Assembly: GCF_009914755.1 (NCBI RefSeq)
Contig: NC_060944.1
DNA from: the human T2T-CHM13v2.0 reference genome, Homo sapiens
Length of the DNA stretch: 64,000 nt
Strand: one strand, 5' to 3'
The translations under genes and the position numbers were made by a program. Shown here piece after piece: positions 56,401 to 64,000 of the stretch. The notes under the pieces were generated by a model. That model was not told where the DNA came from. It ran no database searches and saw only the letters and a program-made list of their open reading frames with translations. Each line of letters begins with the position of its first letter. Position 1 is the first letter of the stretch.

Positions 56401-59400
56401 TTCTACTCTGTGAGATGGATGCAAACATCAGAAAGTAGTTTCGCAGAATTCTTCTGCATAGTTTTTATGTGAAGATATTTCCTTCTCCACTATAGGTCTC
56501 AAAAGGCTCCAAATATCCACTTGCAGATTCGAAAAAAAGACTGTTTCAAAACAGCTCAATCCAAAGAAAGGTTCTACTCTGTGAGATGAATGAACACATC
56601 ATAAAGTAGTTTCTCAGAATGCTTCTGCATAGTTTTTATGTGAAGATATTTCCTTCTCCACTATAGGCCTCAAAAGCCTCCAAATATCCACTTGCGGATT
56701 CTAAAAAAAGAGTGCTTCTAAACTTCTGTACCAAAAGAAAGATTCAACACTGTGAGATGAATGCACAGATCACAAAGAAGTTCCTCAGAATGCTTCTGTG
56801 TAGTCTTTATGTGAAGATATTTGTTTTTCCACAGTAGTCCCCAATGAGCTCCAAATATCCACTTGCAGATTCTACAAAAAGAGTGTTTCAAAACTGCTCA
56901 ATCAACAGAGACATTCAACTCTGTGAGATGAATGCACCCATCACAAAGAAGTTTCTCGGAATGCTTCTGTGTAGTTTTTGTGTGAAGACATTTCATTTTC
57001 CACAGTATGCCTCAAAGCGCTCCAAATATCCACTCTCAGATTCTGTAAAAAAAAGAGAGATTCCAAACTGCTGAATCAAAAGATAGGTTCAACACTGTGA
57101 CTTAGGTGCACAATTCACAAAGATGTTCCTCAGAAATCTTCTGTGTAGTTTTTATATGAAGATATCTCCTCCTCCAAAACAGATCTCAAAGCCCTCCAAA
57201 TATTCACTCCCAGATTGTACGGAAAGATTGTGTCAAAACTGCTAAATCAAAACAAAGGTTCAACTCTGTGATGAATGCACTCATCAGAAAGAAGGTTCTC
57301 TGAATGCTTCTGTGTAGTTTCTATTTGAAGATATTTCCTTTTCCAATATAGGGCAAAATAGGGCCCCAAATATTCACTTGCAGATTCTGCAAAAAGGGAG
57401 ATTCTAAACTGCTCAATCAACAGATACCTTCAACAATGTGATTTGAATGCACACATCGCAAATAAGTTTCACAGAATGCTTCTGGGTAGTTTTTAGTTGA
57501 AGAAATTTCCCTTTCCACAATAGGCCTCAAATCACTCTAAATATCCACTTGCAGATTCTACAAAAAGAGTGTTTCAAAACTGCTCAATCCAAAGAAAGGT
57601 TGTACCCTGTGAGATGAATGCACGCATCACAAAGTAGTTTCTCAGAATGCTTCTGCATAGTTTTTATGTGAAGATATTTCCTTCTACACTGTAGGCCTGA
57701 AAAGGCTCCAAATATCCATTTACAGATTCTAAAAAAAAAGTGTTTCAAAACTGCTATATCAATAGAAACATCCAACTCTGTGAGATGAATGCACAGATCA
57801 CAAAGAAGTTTCTCAGAATGCTTCTGTGTAGTTTTTATGTGAAGATATTTGATTTTCCACAGTAGGCCCCAACGAGCTCCAAATATCCACTTGCAGATTC
57901 CACAAAAAGAGTGTTTCAAAACTGCTCAATCAACAGAGACATTCAACTCTGTGAGATGAATGCACACATCACAAAGAAGTTTCTCAGAATGCTTCTGTGT
58001 AGTTTTTGTGTGAAGATATTTCATTTTCCACAGTACGCCTCAAAGCGCTCCAAATATCCACTCTCAGATTCTGTAAAAAGAGAGATTCAAAACTGCTGAA
58101 TCAAAAGATAGGTTCAACACTGTCACTTCAGTGCACAACTCACAAAGATGTTTCTCAGAATGCTTCTGTGTAGTTTTTGTGTGAAGATAATTCATTTTCC
58201 ACAGTACGCCTCAAAGCGCTCCAAATATCCACTCACAGATTCTGTAAAAAGAAAGATTCAAAACTGCTGAATCAAAAGATACGTTCAACAATGTGAGCTG
58301 AATGCACACATCACAAATAAGGTTGACAGAATGCTTCTGGGTAGTTTTTATTTGAAGAAATTTCCCTTTCCACAATAGGCCTCAAATTGCTCTAAATATC
58401 CACTTGCAGATTCTACAGAGAGAATGTTTCAAAACTGCTCAGTCAAAAGAAAGGTTGTACTCTGTGAGGTGAATGCACACATCACAAAGTAGTTTCTCAG
58501 AATGCTTCTGCATAGTTTTTATGTGAAGATATTTCCTTCCCCACTATAGGCCTCAAAGGCTCCAAATATCCACTTGTAGATTCTAAAAAAATAGTGTTTC
58601 AAAACTGCTGTATCAAAAGAAAGATTCAACTCTGTGAGATGGATGCACAGATCACAAAGAAGTTTCTCATAAAGCTTCTGTGTAGTTTTTATGTGAAGAT
58701 ATTTGTTTTTCCACAGCAGGCCCCAATGAACTCCAAATATCCACTTGCAGATTCTATAAAAAGAGTGTTTCAAAACTGCTCAATCAACAGAGACATTCAA
58801 CTCTGTGAGATGAATGCACACATCACAAAGAAGTTTCTCAGAATGCTTCTGTGCAGTTTTTGTGTGAAGATATTTCATTTTCCACAGTACGCCTCAAAGC
58901 GCTCCAAATATCCACTCGCAGGTTCTGTAAAAAGAGAGATTCAAAACTGGTGAATCAAAAGATAGGTTCAACACTGTGACTTCAGTGCACAACTCACAAA
59001 GGTGTTTATCAGAAATCTTCTGTACAGTTTTTATATGAAGATATCTCCTTCTCCAAAACACAACTCAAATCCCTACAAATATTCACTTCCAGATTCTACG
59101 GAATGATTGTCTCAAAACTACTAAATCAAAACAAAGGTTCAACTCTGTGATGAATGCACTCATCAGAAAGAAGGTTCTCTGAATGCTTCTGTGTAGTTTC
59201 TATTTGAAGATATTTCCTTTTCCACTCTAGGGCGAAATAGGGCTCCAAATATTCACTTGCAGAATCTACAAAAAGAGAGATTCTAAACTGCTCAATCAAC
59301 AGATACGTTCAACAATGTGAGTTGAATGCACACATCACAAATAAGTTTCACAGAATGCTTCTGGGTAGTTTTTATTTGAAGAAATTTCCCTACCCAGCTC

Positions 59401-62400
59401 AGGCCTCAAGTCGCTCTAAATATCCACTTGCAGATCCTACAAAAAGAGTGTGTCAAAACTGCTCAATCAAAAGAAAGGTTCTACTCTGTGAGATGGATGC
59501 AAACATCAGAAAGTAGTTTCGCAGAATTCTTCTGCATAGTTTTTATGTGAAGATATTTCCTTCTCCACTATAGGTCTCAAAAGGCTCCAAATATCCACTT
59601 GCAGATTCGAAAAAAAGACTGTTTCAAAACAGCTCAATCCAAAGAAAGGTTCTACTCTGTGAGATGAATGAACACATCATAAAGTAGTTTCTCAGAATGC
59701 TTCTGCATAGTTTTTATGTGAAGATATTTCCTTCTCCACTATAGGCCTCAAAAGCCTCCAAATATCCACTTGCGGATTCTAAAAAAAGAGTGCTTCTAAA
59801 CTTCTGTACCAAAAGAAAGATTCAACACTGTGAGATGAATGCACAGATCACAAAGAAGTTCCTCAGAATGCTTCTGTGTAGTCTTTATGTGAAGATATTT
59901 GTTTTTCCACAGTAGTCCCCAATGAGCTCCAAATATCCACTTGCAGATTCTACAAAAAGAGTGTTTCAAAACTGCTCAATCAACAGAGACATTCAACTCT
60001 GTGAGATGAATGCACCCATCACAAAGAAGTTTCTCGGAATGCTTCTGTGTAGTTTTTGTGTGAAGACATTTCATTTTCCACAGTATGCCTCAAAGCGCTC
60101 CAAATATCCACTCTCAGATTCTGTAAAAAGAGAGATTCCAAACTGCTGAATCAAAAGATAGGTTCAACACTGTGACTTAGGTGCACAATTCACAAAGATG
60201 TTCCTCAGAAATCTTCTGTGTAGTTTTTATATGAAGATATCTCCTCCTCCAAAACAGATCTCAAAGCCCTCCAAATATTCACTCCCAGATTGTACGGAAA
60301 GATTGTGTCAAAACTGCTAAATCAAAACAAAGGTTCAACTCTGTGATGAATGCACTCATCAGAAAGAAGGTTCTCTGAATGCTTCTGTGTAGTTTCTATT
60401 TGAAGATATTTCCTTTTCCAATATAGGGCAAAATAGGGCCCCAAATATTCACTTGCAGATTCTGCAAAAAGGGAGATTCTAAACTGCTCAATCAACAGAT
60501 ACCTTCAACAATGTGATTTGAATGCACACATCGCAAATAAGTTTCACAGAATGCTTCTGGGTAGTTTTTAGTTGAAGAAATTTCCCTTTCCACAATAGGC
60601 CTCAAATCACTCTAAATATCCACTTGCAGATTCTACAAAAAGAGTGTTTCAAAACTGCTCAATCCAAAGAAAGGTTGTACCCTGTGAGATGAATGCACGC
60701 ATCACAAAGTAGTTTCTCAGAATGCTTCTGCATAGTTTTTATGTGAAGATATTTCCTTCTACACTGTAGGCCTGAAAAGGCTCCAAATATCCATTTACAG
60801 ATTCTAAAAAAAAAGTGTTTCAAAACTGCTATATCAATAGAAACATCCAACTCTGTGAGATGAATGCACAGATCACAAAGAAGTTTCTCAGAATGCTTCT
60901 GTGTAGTTTTTATGTGAAGATATTTGATTTTCCACAGTAGGCCCCAACGAGCTCCAAATATCCACTTGCAGATTCCACAAAAAGAGTGTTTCAAAACTGC
61001 TCAATCAACAGAGACATTCAACTCTGTGAGATGAATGCACACATCACAAAGAAGTTTCTCAGAATGCTTCTGTGTAGTTTTTGTGTGAAGATATTTCATT
61101 TTCCACAGTACGCCTCAAAGCGCTCCAAATATCCACTCTCAGATTCTGTAAAAAGAGAGATTCAAAACTGCTGAATCAAAAGATAGGTTCAACACTGTCA
61201 CTTCAGTGCACAACTCACAAAGATGTTTCTCAGAATGCTTCTGTGTAGTTTTTGTGTGAAGATAATTCATTTTCCACAGTACGCCTCAAAGCGCTCCAAA
61301 TATCCACTCACAGATTCTGTAAAAAGAAAGATTCAAAACTGCTGAATCAAAAGATACGTTCAACAATGTGAGCTGAATGCACACATCACAAATAAGGTTG
61401 ACAGAATGCTTCTGGGTAGTTTTTATTTGAAGAAATTTCCCTTTCCACAATAGGCCTCAAATTGCTCTAAATATCCACTTGCAGATTCTACAGAGAGAAT
61501 GTTTCAAAACTGCTCAGTCAAAAGAAAGGTTGTCCTCTGTGAGGTGAATGCACACATCACAAAGTAGTTTCTCAGAATGCTTCTGCATAGTTTTTATGTG
61601 AAGATATTTCCTTCCCCACTATAGGCCTCAAAGGCTCCAAATATCCACTTGTAGATTCTAAAAAAATAGTGTTTCAAAACTGCTGTATCAAAAGAAAGAT
61701 TCAACTCTGGGAGATGGATGCACAGATCACAAAGAAGTTTCTCATAAAGCTTCTGTGTAGTTTTTATGTGAAGATATTTGTTTTTCCACAGCAGGCCCCA
61801 ATGAACTCCAAATATCCACTTGCAGATTCTATAAAAAGAGTGTTTCAAAACTGCTCAATCAACAGAGACATTCAACTCTGTGAGATGAATGCACACATCA
61901 CAAAGAAGTTTCTCAGAATGCTTCTGTGCAGTTTTTGTGTGAAGATATTTCATTTTCCACAGTACGCCTCAAAGCGCTCCAAATATCCACTCGCAGGTTC
62001 TGTAAAAAGAGAGATTCAAAACTGGTGAATCAAAAGATAGGTTCAACACTGTGACTTCAGTGCACAACTCACAAAGGTGTTTATCAGAAATCTTCTGTAC
62101 AGTTTTTATATGAAGATATCTCCTTCTCCAAAACACAACTCAAATCCCTACAAATATTCACTTCCAGATTCTACGGAATGATTGTCTCAAAACTACTAAA
62201 TCAAAACAAAGGTTCAACTCTGTGATGAATGCACTCATCAGAAAGAAGGTTCTCTGAATGCTTCTGTGTAGTTTCTATTTGAAGATATTTCCTTTTCCAC
62301 TCTAGGGCGAAATAGGGCTCCAAATATTCACTTGCAGAATCTACAAAAAGAGAGATTCTAAACTGCTCAATCAACAGATACGTTCAACAATGTGAGTTGA

Positions 62401-64000
62401 ATGCACACATCACAAATAAGTTTCACAGAATGCTTCTGGGTAGTTTTTATTTGAAGAAATTTCCCTACCCAGCTCAGGCCTCAAGTCGCTCTAAATATCC
62501 ACTTGCAGATCCTACAAAAAGAGTGTGTCAAAACTGCTCAATCAAAAGAAAGGTTCTACTCTGTGAGATGGATGCAAACATCAGAAAGTAGTTTCGCAGA
62601 ATTCTTCTGCATAGTTTTTATGTGAAGATATTTCCTTCTCCACTATAGGTCTCAAAAGGCTCCAAATATCCACTTGCAGATTCGAAAAAAAGACTGTTTC
62701 AAAACAGCTCAATCCAAAGAAAGGTTCTACTCTGTGAGATGAATGAACACATCATAAAGTAGTTTCTCAGAATGCTTCTGCATAGTTTTTATGTGAAGAT
62801 ATTTCCTTCTCCACTATAGGCCTCAAAAGCCTCCAAATATCCACTTGCGGATTCTAAAAAAAGAGTGCTTCTAAACTTCTGTACCAAAAGAAAGATTCAA
62901 CACTGTGAGATGAATGCACAGATCACAAAGAAGTTCCTCAGAATGCTTCTGTGTAGTCTTTATGTGAAGATATTTGTTTTTCCACAGTAGTCCCCAATGA
63001 GCTCCAAATATCCACTTGCAGATTCTACAAAAAGAGTGTTTCAAAACTGCTCAATCAACAGAGACATTCAACTCTGTGAGATGAATGCACCCATCACAAA
63101 GAAGTTTCTCGGAATGCTTCTGTGTAGTTTTTGTGTGAAGACATTTCATTTTCCACAGTATGCCTCAAAGCGCTCCAAATATCCACTCTCAGATTCTGTA
63201 AAAAAAAGAGAGATTCCAAACTGCTGAATCAAAAGATAGGTTCAACACTGTGACTTAGGTGCACAATTCACAAAGATGTTCCTCAGAAATCTTCTGTGTA
63301 GTTTTTATATGAAGATATCTCCTCCTCCAAAACAGATCTCAAAGCCCTCCAAATATTCACTTCCAGATTGTACAGAAAGATTGTGTCAAAACTGCTAAAT
63401 CAAAACAAAGGTTCAACTCTGTGATGAATGCACTCATCAGAAAGAAGGTTCTCTGAATGCTTCTGTGTAGTTTCTATTTGAAGATATTTCCTTTTCCAAT
63501 ATAGGGCAAAATAGGGCCCCAAATATTCACTTGCAGATTCTGCAAAAAGGGAGATTCTAAACTGCTCAATCAACAGATACCTTCAACAATGTGATTTGAA
63601 TGCACACATCGCAAATAAGTTTCACAGAATGCTTCTGGGTAGTTTTTAGTTGAAGAAATTTCCCTTTCCACAATAGGCCTCAAATCACTCTAAATATCCA
63701 CTTGCAGATTCTACAAAAAGAGTGTTTCAAAACTGCTCAATCCAAAGAAAGGTTGTACCCTGTGAGATGAATGCACGCATCACAAAGTAGTTTCTCAGAA
63801 TGCTTCTGCATAGTTTTTATGTGAAGATATTTCCTTCTACACTGTAGGCCTGAAAAGGCTCCAAATATCCATTTACAGATTCTAAAAAAAAAGTGTTTCA
63901 AAACTGCTATATCAATAGAAACATCCAACTCTGTGAGATGAATGCACAGATCACAAAGAAGTTTCTCAGAATGCTTCTGTGTAGTTTTTATGTGAAGATA
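41467..64000 (-). repeat. Homogeneous 18-mer HOR domain (3075 bp; 3078 bp with A-tract variant), ~7.3 copies, runs off the window end
   Basis: Anchors at 41467, 44541, 47616, 50691, 53766, 56844, 59922 and 62997; internal steps 1025+854+1196 = 3075. Confidence 0.96.

Larger units (their letters stand above)
1..64000 (-). repeat. Alpha-satellite (alphoid, ALR/Alpha) tandem array, ~171-bp A-type monomers, SF4-like, no CENP-B boxes
   Basis: The motif CCAAATATCCACTTGCAGATTCTACAAAAAGAGTGTTTCAAAACTGCTC...TGTGAGATGAATGCACACATCACAAAGAAGTTTCTCAGAATGCTTCTG recurs every ~171 bp from end to end and is the reverse complement of the alphoid consensus. The box position reads TTCCTTTTCCACCATAG-like (pJalpha/A-box), never TCCCGTTTCCAACGAAG. 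Confidence 0.99.

Noticed and set aside
385-63928. All ORF-track entries (e.g. MSSKYPLADSTKRVFQNC..., MKHSFYRICKWIFG...)
   Set aside because: They are translations of alphoid monomers. Because 171 is divisible by 3, frames repeat every 57 aa. They overlap on both strands, recur with HOR periodicity, often start at GTG/TTG and show no gene structure.
1-64000. CRISPR-like repeat/spacer array
   Set aside because: The variable segments between conserved motifs are homologous to each other, not unique spacers. The unit is 171 bp and there are no cas genes.
1-64000. Inversions, promoters or terminators
   Set aside because: No strand switch was seen. Short palindromes (AGGCCT, GAGCTC, AGCGCT) and A/T tracts are intrinsic to the monomer and do not support regulatory calls.

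Overview
The whole 64-kb window is one uninterrupted, single-orientation array of primate (human-like) alpha-satellite DNA: about 375 monomers of ~171 bp, reading as the reverse complement of the conventional alphoid consensus. I see no genes, transposon insertions, inversions or RNA genes, and all listed ORFs are the spurious frames that alphoid monomers give. Monomers are A-type (pJalpha-like box) and I found no intact CENP-B box, which points to an older SF4-like, probably inactive pericentromeric higher-order-repeat (HOR) array. The interest lies in the architecture. Seven monomer classes (my labels a-g) build 5-, 6-, 7- and 8-mer subunits. These assemble into an 18-mer (7+6+5, 3075 bp) at both window ends, a 13-mer (6+7, 2219 bp) at 3.9-14.6 kb, and three copies of a 26-mer (4444-4445 bp) at 17.5-30.9 kb that carries 16 monomers found nowhere else here. 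Mosaic 6/7-mer zones lie between them. Hybrid monomers and diagnostic SNPs let several recombination events be localised by eye. I found no novel coding or defence-type system; the novelty candidates concern HOR birth and recombination. Periods come from spacing between homologous ORF-track anchors, SNP calls were read by eye, and domain boundaries are approximate (about +/-50 bp).
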